From Azolla caroliniana (Eukaryota; Plantae; Polypodiophyta), in the NCBI GenBank assembly GCA_043228905.1, contig JBHGNT010000025.1, positions 1 through 64,000 of the forward strand: a stretch of DNA of 64,000 nt. The letters are read 5' to 3'. The notes below the pieces were generated by a model that was given only the letters and a program-made list of their open reading frames with translations, ran no database searches and was not told the origin of the DNA. A program made the position numbers and the translations under genes. This document shows, one piece after another, positions 25,145 through 39,400 of the stretch. How positions within the stretch are numbered: the first letter of the stretch is position 1; the number at the start of each line of letters is the position of its first letter.

Positions 25145-27190
25145 TTGAAACTCAGGTCGAGAGATATGAAGAAATTAGCAATCTTGAGGAGGGAGTTGAG
25201 AGGAGCCCTTGAGTACATTAAAATGTTCATACCTGGCGCGTGTGATATCGGATTTTTGTGTTCAAACATGCGAATCGAAGCTATCAACACTAGCTATTCT
25301 ATGGAACTAAAAAATCAAGATTTTGAAACTCAGGTCGAGAGATATGAAGAAATTAGCAATCTTGACGAGGGAGTTGAGAGGAGCCCTTGAGTATATTAAA
25401 ATGTTTATACCTGGCTCGTGTGATATCGGATTTTTCTGTTCAAACATGCGAATCGAACCTAACAACGCTAGCTATTCTATGGAACTAAAAAATCAAGATT
25501 TTGAAACTCAGGTCGAGAGATATGAAGAAATTAGCAATCTTGAGGAGGGAGTTGAGAGGAGCCCTTGAGTAAATTAAAATGTGTATACCTGGCGCGTGTG
25601 ATATCGGATTTTTGTGTTCAAACATGCGAATCGAAGCTCACAACGCTAGCTATGACATGTTATTTAAAAATCAAGATTTTGAAACTCAGGTCGAGAGACA
25701 TGACGAAATTACCTAATTTGAGGACTGAGTTGAGACGACCTAGTAGGTAAATTAAAATGTTCATACCTGGCTCGTGTGATATCGGATTTTTGTGTTCAAA
25801 CATGCGAATCAAGCTAACAACGCTAGCTATTATATGGAACTAAAAAATCAAGATTTTGAAACTCAGGTAGAGAGACATGACGAAATTACCTAATTTGAGG
25901 AGTGAGTTGAGAGGAGCCCTTGAGTACATTACAATGTTCATACCTGGCTCGTGTGATATCGGATTTTTGTGTTCAAACATGCGAATCGAAGCTAACAATG
26001 CTAGCTATTGTATGGAACTAAAAAATCAAGATTTTGAAACTCAGGTCCAGAGATATGAAGAAATTAGCAATCTTGAGGAGAGAGTTGAGAGGAGCCCTTG
26101 AGTACATTAAAATGTTCATACCTGGCGCGTGTGATATCGGATTTTTGTGTTCAAACATGCGAATCGAAGCTATCAACACTAGCTATTCTATGGAACTAAA
26201 AAATCAAGATTTTGAAACTCAGGTCGAGAGATATGAAGAAATTAGCAATCTTGAGGAGGGAGTTGAGAGGAGCCCTTGAGTACATTAAAATGTTCATACC
26301 TGGCGCGTGTGATATCGGATTTTTGTGTTCAAACATGCGAATCGAAGCTATCAACACTAGCTATTCTATGGAACTAAAAAATCAAGATTTTGAAACTCAG
26401 GTCGAGAGATATGAAGAAATTAGCAATCTTGACGAGGGAGTTGAGAGGAGCCCTTGAGTATATTAAAATGTTTATACCTGGCTCGTGTGATATCGGATTT
26501 TTCTGTTCAAACATGCGAATCGAACCTAACAACGCTAGCTATTCTATGGAACTAAAAAATCAAGATTTTGAAACTCAGGTCGAGAGATATGAAGAAATTA
26601 GCAATCTTGAGGAGGGAGTTGAGAGGAGCCCTTGAGTAAATTAAAATGTGTATACCTGGCGCGTGTGATATCGGATTTTTGTGTTCAAACATGCGAATCG
26701 AAGCTCACAACGCTAGCTATGACATGTTATTTAAAAATCAAGATTTTGAAACTCAGGTCGAGAGACATGACGAAATTACCTAATTTGAGGACTGAGTTGA
26801 GACGACCTAGTAGGTAAATTAAAATGTTCATACCTGGCTCGTGTGATATCGGATTTTTGTGTTCAAACATGCGAATCAAGCTAACAACGCTAGCTATTAT
26901 ATGGAACTAAAAAATCAAGATTTTGAAACTCAGGTAGAGAGACATGACGAAATTACCTAATTTGAGGAGTGAGTTGAGAGGAGCCCTTGAGTACATTACA
27001 ATGTTCATACCTGGCTCGTGTGATATCGGATTTTTGTGTTCAAACATGCGAATCGAAGCTAACAATGCTAGCTATTGTATGGAACTAAAAAATCAAGATT
27101 TTGAAACTCAGGTCCAGAGATATGAAGAAATTAGCAATCTTGAGGAGAGAGTTGAGAGGAGCCCTTGAGTACATTAAAATGTTCATACCT
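25145..27190. repeat. 6-monomer tandem duplication, period 1067 bp
   Basis: Pairs 25145/26212, 25565/26632, 25877/26944. The private SNP 'gaggagagagtt' occurs at ~26081 and ~27148. Confidence 0.88.
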
Positions 27191-30100
27191 GGCTCGTGTG
27201 ATATCGGATTATTGTGTTCAAACATGCGAATCAAGCTAACAACGCTAGCTATTATATGGAACTAAAAAATCAAGATTTTGAAACTCAGGACGAGAAATAT
27301 GAAGAAATTAGCAATCTTGAGGAGGGAGTTGAGAGGAGCCCTTGAGTACATTAAAATGTGTATACCTGGCTCGTGTGATATCGGATTTTTGTGTTCAAAC
27401 ATGCGAATCGAAGCTAACAATGCTAGCTATTGTATGGAACTAAAAAATCAAGATTTTGAAACTCAGGTCGAGAAATATGAAGAAATTAGCAATCTTGAGG
27501 AGGGAGTTGAGAGGAGCACTTGAGTATATTAAAATGTTCATACCTAGCTCGTGTGATATCGGATTTTTGTGTTCAAACATGCGAATCGAAGCTAACAATG
27601 CTAGCTATTATATGGAACTAAAAAATCAAGATTTTGAAACTCAGGTCGAGAGATATGAAGAAATTAGCAATCTTGAGGAGGGAGTTGAGAGGAGCCCTTG
27701 AGTACATTAAAATGTTCATACCTGGCACGTGTGATATCGGATTTTTGTGTTCAAACATGCGAATCGAAGCTAACAATGCTAGCTATTATATAGAACTAAA
27801 AAATCAAGATTTTGAAACTCAGGTCGAGAGATATGAAGAAATTAGCAATCTTGAGGAGGGAGTTGAGAGGAGCCCTTGAGTACATTAAAATGTTCATACC
27901 TGGCGCGTGTGATATCGGATTTTTGTGTTCAAACATGCGAATCGAAGCTATCAACACTAGCTATTCTATGGAACTAAAAAATCAAGATTTTGAAACTCAG
28001 GTCGAGAGATATGAAGAAATTAGCAATCTTGACGAGGGAGTTGAGAGGAGCCCTTGAGTATATTAAAATGTTTATACCTGGCTCGTGTGATATCGGATTT
28101 TTCTGTTCAAACATGCGAATCGAACCTAACAACGCTAGCTATGATATGGAACTAAAAAATCAAGATTTTGAAACTCAGGTCGAGAAATATGAAGAAATTA
28201 GCAATCTTGAGGAGGGAGTTGAGAGGAGCCCTTGAGTAAATTAAAATGTTTATACCTGGTGCGTGTGATATCGGATTTTTGTGTTCAAACATGCGAATCG
28301 AAGCTAACAACGCTAGCTATGACATGGTATTACAAAATCAAGATTTTGAAACTCAGGTCGAGAGACACGAGGAAATTACCTAATTTGAGGAGTGAGTTGA
28401 GAAAACCTAGTAGGTAAATTAAAATGTTCATACCTGGCTCGTGTGATATCGGATTTTTGTGTTGAAACATGCGAATCGAAGCTAACAACGCTAGCTATGA
28501 CATGGTATTAAAAAATCAAGATTTTGAAACTCAGGTCGAGAGACATGACGAAATTACCTAATTTGAGGACTGAGTTGAGACGACCTAGTAGGTAAATTAA
28601 AATGTTCATATCTGGCTCGTGTGATATCGGATTTTTGTGTTCAAACATGCGAATCAAGCTAACAACGCTAGCTATTATATGGAACTAAAAAATCAAGATT
28701 TTGAAACTCAGGTCGAGAAATATGAAGAAATTAGCAATCTTGAGGAGGGAGTTGAGAGGAGCACTTGAGTATATTAAAATGTTTATACCTGGCTCGTGTG
28801 ATATCGGATTTTTGTGTTCAAACATGCGAATCGAAGCTAACAATGCTAGCTATTATATCGAACTAAAAAATCAAGATTTTGAAACTCAGGTCGAGAGATA
28901 TGAAGAAATTAGCAATCTTGAGGAGGGAGTTGAGAGGAGCCCTTGAGTACATTAAAATGTTCATACCTGGCGCGTGTGATATCGGATTTTTGTGTTCAAA
29001 CATGCGAATCGAAGCTATCAACACTAGCTATTCTATGGAACTAAAAAATCAAGATTTTGAAACTCAGGTCGAGAGATATGAAGAAATTAGCAATCTTGAC
29101 GAGGGAGTTGAGAGGAGCCCTTGAGTATATTAAAATGTTTATACCTGGCTCGTGTGATATCGGATTTTTCTGTTCAAACATGCGAATCGAACCTAACAAC
29201 GCTAGCTATTCTATGGAACTAAAAAATCAAGATTTTGAAACTCAGGTCGAGAGATATGAAGAAATTAGCAATCTTGAGGAGGGAGTTGAGAGGAGCCCTT
29301 GAGTAAATTAAAATGTGTATACCTGGCGCGTGTGATATCGGATTTTTGTGTTCAAACATGCGAATCGAAGCTCACAACGCTAGCTATTATATGGAACTAG
29401 AAAATCAAGATTTTGAAACTCAGGTCGAGAGACATGACGAAATTACCTAATTTGAGGACTGAGTTGAGACGACCTAGTAGGTAAATTAAAATGTTCATAC
29501 CAGGCTCGTGTGATATCGGATTTTTGTGTTCAAACATGCGAATCAAGCTAACAACGCTAGCTATTATATGGAACTAAAAAATCAAGATTTTGAAACTCAG
29601 GTCGAGAAATATGAAGAAATTAGCAATCTTGAGGAGGGAGTTGAGAGGAGCCCTTGAGTACATTAAAATGTTTATACCTGGCTCGTGTGATATCGGATTT
29701 TTGTGTTCAAACATGCGAATCGAAGCTAACAATGCTAGCTATTATATGGAACTAAAAAATCAAGATTTTGAAACTCAGGTCGAGAGATATGAAGAAATTA
29801 GCAATCTTGAGGAGGGAGTTGAGAGGAGCACTTGAGTATATTAAAATGTTTATACCTGGCTCGTGTGATATCGGATTTTTGTGTTCAAACATGCGAATCG
29901 AAGCTCACAACGCTAGCTATGACATGTTATTAAAAAATCAAGATTTTGAAACTCAGGTAGAGAGACATGACGAAATTACCTAATTTGAGGAGTGAGTTGA
30001 GAGGAGCCCTTGAGTACATTACAATGTTCATACCTGGCTCGTGTGATATCGGATTTTTGTGTTCAAACATGCGAATCGAAGCTAACAATGCTAGCTATTG

Positions 30101-31900
30101 TATGGAACTAAAAAATCAAGATTTTGAAACTCAGGTCCAGAGATATGAAGAAATTAGCAATCTTGAGGAGGGAGTTGAGAGGAGCCCTTGAGTACATTAA
30201 AATGTTCATACCTGGCTCGTGTGATATCGGATTATTGTGTTCAAACATGCGAATCAAGCTAACAACGCTAGCTATTATATGGAACTAAAAAATCAAGATT
30301 TTGAAACTCAGGACGAGAAATATGAAGAAATTAGCAATCTTGAGGAGGGAGTTGAGAGGAGCCCTTGAGTACATTAAAATGTGTATACCTGGCTCGTGTG
30401 ATATCGGATTTTTGTGTTCAAACATGCGAATCGAAGCTAACAATGCTAGCTATTGTATGGAACTAAAAAATCAAGATTTTGAAACTCAGGTCGAGAAATA
30501 TGAAGAAATTAGCAATCTTGAGGAGGGAGTTGAGAGGAGCACTTGAGTATATTAAAATGTTCATACCTAGCTCGTGTGATATCGGATTTTTGTGTTCAAA
30601 CATGCGAATCGAAGCTAACAATGCTAGCTATTATATGGAACTAAAAAATCAAGATTTTGAAACTCAGGTCGAGAGATATGAAGAAATTAGCAATCTTGAG
30701 GAGGGAGTTGAGAGGAGCCCTTGAGTACATTAAAATGTTCATACCTGGCACGTGTGATATCGGATTTTTGTGTTCAAACATGCGAATCGAAGCTAACAAT
30801 GCTAGCTATTATATAGAACTAAAAAATCAAGATTTTGAAACTCAGGTCGAGAGATATGAAGAAATTAGCAATCTTGAGGAGGGAGTTGAGAGGAGCCCTT
30901 GAGTACATTAAAATGTTCATACCTGGCGCGTGTGATATCGGATTTTTGTGTTCAAACATGCGAATCGAAGCTATCAACACTAGCTATTCTATGGAACTAA
31001 AAAATCAAGATTTTGAAACTCAGGTCGAGAGATATGAAGAAATTAGCAATCTTGACGAGGGAGTTGAGAGGAGCCCTTGAGTATATTAAAATGTTTATAC
31101 CTGGCTCGTGTGATATCGGATTTTTCTGTTCAAACATGCGAATCGAACCTAACAACGCTAGCTATGATATGGAACTAAAAAATCAAGATTTTGAAACTCA
31201 GGTCGAGAAATATGAAGAAATTAGCAATCTTGAGGAGGGAGTTGAGAGGAGCCCTTGAGTAAATTAAAATGTTTATACCTGGTGCGTGTGATATCGGATT
31301 TTTGTGTTCAAACATGCGAATCGAAGCTAACAACGCTAGCTATGACATGGTATTACAAAATCAAGATTTTGAAACTCAGGTCGAGAGACACGAGGAAATT
31401 ACCTAATTTGAGGAGTGAGTTGAGAAAACCTAGTAGGTAAATTAAAATGTTCATACCTGGCTCGTGTGATATCGGATTTTTGTGTTGAAACATGCGAATC
31501 GAAGCTAACAACGCTAGCTATGACATGGTATTAAAAAATCAAGATTTTGAAACTCAGGTCGAGAGACATGACGAAATTACCTAATTTGAGGACTGAGTTG
31601 AGACGACCTAGTAGGTAAATTAAAATGTTCATATCTGGCTCGTGTGATATCGGATTTTTGTGTTCAAACATGCGAATCAAGCTAACAACGCTAGCTATTA
31701 TATGGAACTAAAAAATCAAGATTTTGAAACTCAGGTCGAGAAATATGAAGAAATTAGCAATCTTGAGGAGGGAGTTGAGAGGAGCACTTGAGTATATTAA
31801 AATGTTTATACCTGGCTCGTGTGATATCGGATTTTTGTGTTCAAACATGCGAATCGAAGCTAACAATGCTAGCTATTATATCGAACTAAAAAATCAAGAT
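26940..31900. repeat. 17-monomer higher-order repeat, period 3023 bp (related block 2667 bp upstream at ~24280-25470)
   Basis: Pairs 27278/30301, 28232/31255, 28701/31724. 'caggacgag' and 'gattattgtg' markers occur at ~24.6, 27.2 and 30.3 kb. Confidence 0.88.
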
Positions 31901-32159
31901 TTTGAAACTCAGGTCGAGAAATATGACGAAATTAGCAATCTTGAGGAGGGAGTTGAGAGGAGCCCTTGAGTAAATTAAAATGTTTATACCTGGCGCGTGT
32001 GATATCGGATTTTTGTGTTCAAACATGCGAATCGAAGCTAACAACGCTAGCTATGACCTGGTATTAAAAAATCAAGATTTTGAAACTCAGGTCGAGAGAC
32101 ATGACGAAATTACCTAATTTGAGGACTGAGTTGAGACGACCTAGTAGGTAAATTAAAAT

Positions 32160-33300
32160 GTTCATACCTGGCGCGTGTGATATCGGATTTTTGTGTTCAA
32201 ACATGCGAATCGAAGCTAACAACGCTAGCTATGACATGGTATTAAAAAATCAAGATTTTGAAACTCAGGTCGAGAGATATGAAGAAATTACCTACTTTGA
32301 GGAGGGAGTTGAGAGGAGCCCTTGAGTAAATTAAAATGTTCATACCTGGCTCGTGTGATATCGGATTTTTGTGTTCAAACATGCGAATCGAAGCTCACAA
32401 CGCTAGCTATGATATGGTATTAAAAAATCATGATTTTGAAATTGAGGTCGAGAGACATGAAGAAATTAGCAATCTTGAGGAGGGAGTTGAGAGGAGCCCT
32501 TGAGTACATTAAAATGTTCATACCTGGCGCGTGTGATATCGGATTTTTGTGTTCAAACATGCGAATCGAAGCTAACAACGCTAGCTATGACATGGTATTA
32601 AAAAATCAAGATTTTGAAACTCAGGTCGAGAGATATGAAGAAATTACCTACTTTGAGGAGGGAGTTGAGAGGAGCCCTTGAGTAAATTAAAATGTTCATA
32701 CCTGGCTCGTGTGATATCGGATTTTTGTGTTCAAACATGCGAATCGAAGCTCACAACGCTAGCTATGATATGGTATTAAAAAATCATGATTTTGAAATTG
32801 AAGTCGAGAGACATGAAGAAATTAGCAATCTTGAGGAGGGAGTTGAGAGGAGCCCTTGAGTACATTAAAATGTTCATACCTGGCGCGTGTGATATCGGAT
32901 TTTTGTGTTCAAACATGCGAATCGAAGCTAACAACGCTAGCTATGACATGGTATTAAAAAATCAAGATTTTGAAACTCAGGTCGAGAGATATGAAGAAAT
33001 TACCTACTTTGAGGAGGGAGTTGAGAGGAGCCCTTGAGTAAATTAAAATGTTCATACCTAGCTCGTGTGATATCGGATTTTTGTGTTCAAACATGCGAAT
33101 CGAAGCTCACAACGCTAGCTATGATATGGTATTAAAAAATCATGATTTTGAAATTGAGGTCGAGAGACATGAAGAAATTAGCAATCTTGAGGAGGGAGTT
33201 GAGAGGAGCCCTTGAGTACATTAAAATGTTCATACCTGGCGCGTGTGATATCGGATTTTTGTGTTCAAACATGCGAATCGAAGCTAACAACGCTAGCTAT
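32160..33300. repeat. Dimer (356-bp) array
   Basis: 'tacctacttt' monomers alternate with 'aatcatgattttgaaattg' monomers; ORF-track starts 32430, 32786, 33142. Confidence 0.9.
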
Positions 33301-36249
33301 GACATGGTATTAAAAAATCAAGATTTTGAAACTCAGGTCGAGAGACATGACGAAATTACCTAATTTGAGGACTGAGTTGAGACGACCTAGTAGGTAAATT
33401 AAAATGTTCATACCTGGCTCATGTGATATCGGATTTTTGTGTTCAAACATGCGAATCAAGCTAACAACGCTAGCTATTATATGGAACTAAAAAATCAAGA
33501 TTTTGAAACTCAGGTCGAGAGATATGAAGAAATTAGCAATCTTGAGGAGGGAGTTGAGAGGAGCCCTTGAGTACATTAAAATGTTCATACCGGGCGCGTG
33601 TGATATCGGATTTTTCTGTTCAAACATGCGAATCGAAGCTAACAATGCTAGCTATTATATGGAACTAAAAAATCAAGATTTTGAAACTCAGGTCGAGAGA
33701 TATGAAGAAATTAGCAATCTTGAGGAGGGAGTTGAGAGGAGCACTTGAGTATATTAAAATGTTTATACCTGGCTCGTGTGATATCTGATTTTTGTGTTCA
33801 AACATGCGAATCGAAGCTCACAACGCTAGCTATGACATGTTATTAAAAAATCAAGATTTTGAAACTCAGGTCGAGAAATATGAAGAAATTAGCAATCTTG
33901 AGGAGGGAGTTGAGAGGAGCCCTTGAGTAAATTAAAATGTTTATACCTGGCTCGTGTGATATCGGATTTTTGTGTTCAAACATGCGAATCGAAGCTCACA
34001 ACGCTAGCTATGATATGGTATTAAAAAATCATGATTTTGAAATTGAGGTCGAGAGACATGAAGAAATTAGCAATCTTGAGGAGGGAGTTGAGAGGAGCCC
34101 TTGAGTACATTAAACTGTTCATACCTGGCACGTGTGATATCGGATTTTTGTGTTCAAACATGCGAATCGAAGCTAACAATGCTAGCTATTCTATGGAACT
34201 AAAAAATCAAGATTTTGAAACTCAGGTCGAGAGATATGAAGAAATTAGCAATCTTGAGGAGGGAGTTGAGAGGAGCACTTGAGTATATTAAAATGTTTAT
34301 ACCTGGCTCGTGTGATATCGGATTTTTGTGTTCAAACATGCGAATCGAAGCTCACAACGCTAGCTATGACATGTTATTAAAAAATCAAGATTTTGAAACT
34401 CAGGTCGAGAAATATGAAGAAATTAGCAATCTTGAGGAGGGAGTTGAGAGGAGCCCTTGAGTAAATTAAAATGTTTATACCTGGCGCGTGTGATATCGGA
34501 TTTTTGTGTTCAAACATGCGAATCGAAGCTAACAACGCTAGCTATGACATGGTATTACAAAATCAAGATTTTGAAACTCAGGTCGAGAGACACGAGGAAA
34601 TTACCTAATTTGAGGAGTGAGTTGAGAAAACCTAGTAGGTAAATTAAAATGTTCATACCTGGCTCGTGTGATATCGGATTTTTGTGTTGAAACATGCGAA
34701 TCGAAGCTCACAACGCTAGCTATGACATGGTATTAAAAAATCAAGATTTTGAAACTCAGGTCGAGAGACATGACGAAATTACCTAATTTGAGGACTGAGT
34801 TGAGACGACCTAGTAGGTAAATTAAAATGTTCATATCTGGCTCGTGTGATATCGGATTTTTGTGTTCAAACATGCGAATCAAGCTAACAACGCTAGCTAT
34901 TATATGGAACTAAAAAATCAAGATTTTGAAACTCAGGTCGAGAAATATGAAGAAATTAGCAATCTTGAGGAGGGAGTTGAGAGGAGCACTTGAGTATATT
35001 AAAATGTTTATACCTGGCTCGTGTGATATCGGATTTTTGTGTTCAAACATGCGAATCGAAGCTAACAATGCTAGCTATTATATCGAACTAAAAAATCAAG
35101 ATTTTGAAACTCAGGTCGAGAAATATGAAGAAATTAGCAATCTTGAGGAGGGAGTTGAGAGGAACCCTTGAGTAAATTAAAATGTTTATACCTGGCGCGT
35201 GTGATATCGGATTTTTGTGTTCAAACATGCGAATCGAAGCTAACAACGCTAGCTATGACCTGGTATTAAAAAATCAAGATTTTGAAACTCAGGTCGAGAG
35301 ACATGACGAAATTACCTAATTTGAGGACTGAGTTGAGACGACCTAGTAGGTAAATTAAAATGTTCATACCTGGCGCGTGTGATATCGGATTTTTGTGTTC
35401 AAACATGCGAATCGAAGCTAACAACACTAGCTATTCTATGGAACTAAAAAATCAAGATTTTGAAACTCAGGTCGAGAGATATGAAGAAATTAGCAATCTT
35501 GAGGAGGGAGTTGAGAGGAGCCCTTGAGTAAATTAAAATGTTCATACCTGGCTCGTGTGATATCGGATTTTTGTGTTCAAACATGCGAATCGAAGCTCAC
35601 AACGCTAGCTATGATATGGTATTAAAAAATCATGATTTTGAAATTGAGGTCGAGAGACATGAAGAAATTAGCAATCTTGAGGAGGGAGTTGAGAGGAGCC
35701 CTTGAGTACATTAAAATGTTCATACCTGGCACGTGTGATATCGGATTTTTGTGTTCAAACATGCGAATCGAAGCTAACAATGCTAGCTATTCTATGGAAC
35801 TAAAAAATCAAGATTTTGAAACTCAGGTCGAGAGATATGAAGAAATTAGCAATCTTGAGGAGGGAGTTGAGAGGAGCACTTGAGTATATTAAAATGTTTA
35901 TACCTGGCTCGTGTGATATCGGATTTTTGTGTTCAAACATGCGAATCGAAGCTCACAACGCTAGCTATGACATGTTATTAAAAAATCAAGATTTTGAAAC
36001 TCAGGTCGAGAAATATGAAGAAATTAGCAATCTTGAGGAGGGAGTTGAGAGGAGCCCTTGAGTAAATTAAAATGTTTATACCTGGCGCGTGTGATATCGG
36101 ATTTTTGTGTTCAAACATGCGAATCGAAGCTAACAACGCTAGCTATGACATGGTATTAAAAAATCAAGATTTTGAAACTCAGGTCGAGAGACATGACGAA
36201 ATTACCTAATTTGAGGACTGAGTTGAGACGACCTAGTAGGTAAATTAAA

Positions 36250-38100
36250 ATGTTCATACCTGGCGCGTGTGATATCGGATTTTTGTGTTCAAACATGCGA
36301 ATCGAAGCTAACAACGCTAGCTATGACATGGTATTAAAAAATCAAGATTTTGAAACTCAGGTCGAGAGATATGAAGAAATTACCTACTTTGAGGAGGGAG
36401 TTGAGAGGAGCCCTTGAGTAAATTAAAATGTTCATACCTGGCTCGTGTGATATCGGATTTTTGTGTTCAAACATGCGAATCGAAGCTCACAACGCTAGCT
36501 ATGATATGGTATTAAAAAATCATGATTTTGAAATTGAGGTCGAGAGACATGAAGAAATTAGCAATCTTGAGGAGGGAGTTGAGAGGAGCCCTTGAGTACA
36601 TTAAAATGTTCATACCTGGCGCGTGTGATATCGGATTTTTGTGTTCAAACATGCGAATCGAAGCTAACAACGCTAGCTATGACATGGTATTAAAAAATCA
36701 AGATTTTGAAACTCAGGTCGAGAGATATGAAGAAATTACCTACTTTGAGGAGGGAGTTGAGAGGAGCCCTTGAGTAAATTAAAATGTTCATACCTGGCTC
36801 GTGTGATATCGGATTTTTGTGTTCAAACATGCGAATCGAAGCTCACAACGCTAGCTATGATATGGTATTAAAAAATCATGATTTTGAAATTGAAGTCGAG
36901 AGACATGAAGAAATTAGCAATCTTGAGGAGGGAGTTGAGAGGAGCCCTTGAGTACATTAAAATGTTCATACCTGGCGCGTGTGATATCGGATTTTTGTGT
37001 TCAAACATGCGAATCGAAGCTAACAACGCTAGCTATGACATGGTATTAAAAAATCAAGATTTTGAAACTCAGGTCGAGAGATATGAAGAAATTACCTACT
37101 TTGAGGAGGGAGTTGAGAGGAGCCCTTGAGTAAATTAAAATGTTCATACCTGGCTCGTGTGATATCGGATTTTTGTGTTCAAACATGCGAATCGAAGCTC
37201 ACAACGCTAGCTATGATATGGTATTAAAAAATCATGATTTTGAAATTGAGGTCGAGAGACATGAAGAAATTAGCAATCTTGAGGAGGGAGTTGAGAGGAG
37301 CCCTTGAGTACATTAAAATGTTCATACCTGGCGCGTGTGATATCGGATTTTTGTGTTCAAACATGCGAATCGAAGCTAACAACGCTAGCTATGACATGGT
37401 ATTAAAAAATCAAGATTTTGAAACTCAGGTCGAGAGATATGAAGAAATTACCTACTTTGAGGAGGGAGTTGAGAGGAGCCCTTGAGTAAATTAAAATGTT
37501 CATACCTGGCTCGTGTGATATCGGATTTTTGTGTTCAAACATGCGAATCGAAGCTCACAACGCTAGCTATGATATGGTATTAAAAAATCATGATTTTGAA
37601 ATTGAAGTCGAGAGACATGAAGAAATTAGCAATCTTGAGGAGGGAGTTGAGAGGAGCCCTTGAGTACATTAAAATGTTCATACCTGGCGCGTGTGATATC
37701 GGATTTTTGTGTTCAAACATGCGAATCGAAGCTAACAACGCTAGCTATGACATGGTATTAAAAAATCAAGATTTTGAAACTCAGGTCGAGAGATATGAAG
37801 AAATTACCTACTTTGAGGAGGGAGTTGAGAGGAGCCCTTGAGTAAATTAAAATGTTCATACCTAGCTCGTGTGATATCGGATTTTTGTGTTCAAACATGC
37901 GAATCGAAGCTCACAACGCTAGCTATGATATGGTATTAAAAAATCATGATTTTGAAATTGAGGTCGAGAGACATGAAGAAATTAGCAATCTTGAGGAGGG
38001 AGTTGAGAGGAGCCCTTGAGTACATTAAAATGTTCATACCTGGCGCGTGTGATATCGGATTTTTGTGTTCAAACATGCGAATCGAAGCTAACAACGCTAG
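36250..38100. repeat. Dimer (356-bp) array with superimposed tetramer (712-bp) period
   Basis: ORF-track starts 36522, 36878, 37234, 37590, 37946. The 'attgaagtcg' SNP appears only in the 2nd and 4th dimers (712 bp apart). The array lies 4092 bp from the 32-kb dimer array. Confidence 0.9.
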
Positions 38101-38439
38101 CTATGACATGGTATTAAAAAATCAAGATTTTGAAACTCAGGTCGAGAGACATGACGAAATTACCTAATTTGAGGACTGAGTTGAGACGACCTAGTAGGTA
38201 AATTAAAATGTTCATACCTGGCTCGTGTGATATCGGATTTTTGTGTTCAAACATGCGAATCAAGCTAACAACGCTAGCTATTATATGGAACTAAAAAATC
38301 AAGATTTTGAAACTCAGGTCGAGAGATATGAAGAAATTAGCAATCTTGAGGAGGGAGTTGAGAGGAGCCCTTGAGTACATTAAAATGTTCATACCGGGCG
38401 CGTGTGATATCGGATTTTTCTGTTCAAACATGCGAATCG

Positions 38440-39400
38440 AAGCTAACAATGCTAGCTATTATATGGAACTAAAAAATCAAGATTTTGAAACTCAGGTCGC
38501 GAGATATGAAGAAATTAGCAATCTTGAGGAGGGAGTTGAGAGGAGCCCTTGAGTGCATTAAAATGTTCATACCTGGCGCGTGTGATATCGGATTTTTGTG
38601 TTCAAACATGCGAATCGAAGCTAACAACACTAGCTATTCTATGGAACTAAAAAATCAAGATTTTGAAACTCAGGTCGAGAGATATGAAGAAATTAGCAAT
38701 CTTGAGGAGGGAGTTGAGAGGAGCCCTTGAGTAAATTAAAATGTTCATACCTGGCTCGTGTGATATCGGATTTTTGTGTTCAAACATGCGAATCGAAGCT
38801 CACAACGCTAGCTATGATATGGTATTAAAAAATCATGATTTTGAAACTCAGGTCGAGAGACATGAAGAAATTAGCAATCTTGAGGAGGGAGTTGAGAGGA
38901 GCCCTTGAGTACATTAAAATGTTCATACCTGGCACGTGTGATATCGGATTTTTGTGTTCAAACATGCGAATCGAAGCTAACAATGCTAGCTATTATATGG
39001 AACTAAAAAATCAAGATTTTGAAACTCAGGTCGCGAGATATGAAGAAATTAGCAATCTTGAGGAGGGAGTTGAGAGGAGCCCTTGAGTGCATTAAAATGT
39101 TCATACCTGGCGCGTGTGATATCGGATTTTTGTGTTCAAACATGCGAATCGAAGCTAACAACACTAGCTATTCTATGGAACTAAAAAATCAAGATTTTGA
39201 AACTCAGGTCGAGAGATATGAAGAAATTAGCAATCTTGAGGAGGGAGTTGAGAGGAGCCCTTGAGTAAATTAAAATGTTCATACCTGGCTCGTGTGATAT
39301 CGGATTTTTGTGTTCAAACATGCGAATCGAAGCTCACAACGCTAGCTATGATATGGTATTAAAAAATCATGATTTTGAAATTGAGGTCGAGAGACATGAA
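38440..39400. repeat. Trimer (534-bp) duplication; third copy at ~40.4-40.95 kb
   Basis: Linked private SNPs 'ggtcgcgaga' and 'gagtgcatt' at ~38500/38555, ~39034/39089 and ~40624/40679. Confidence 0.85.
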
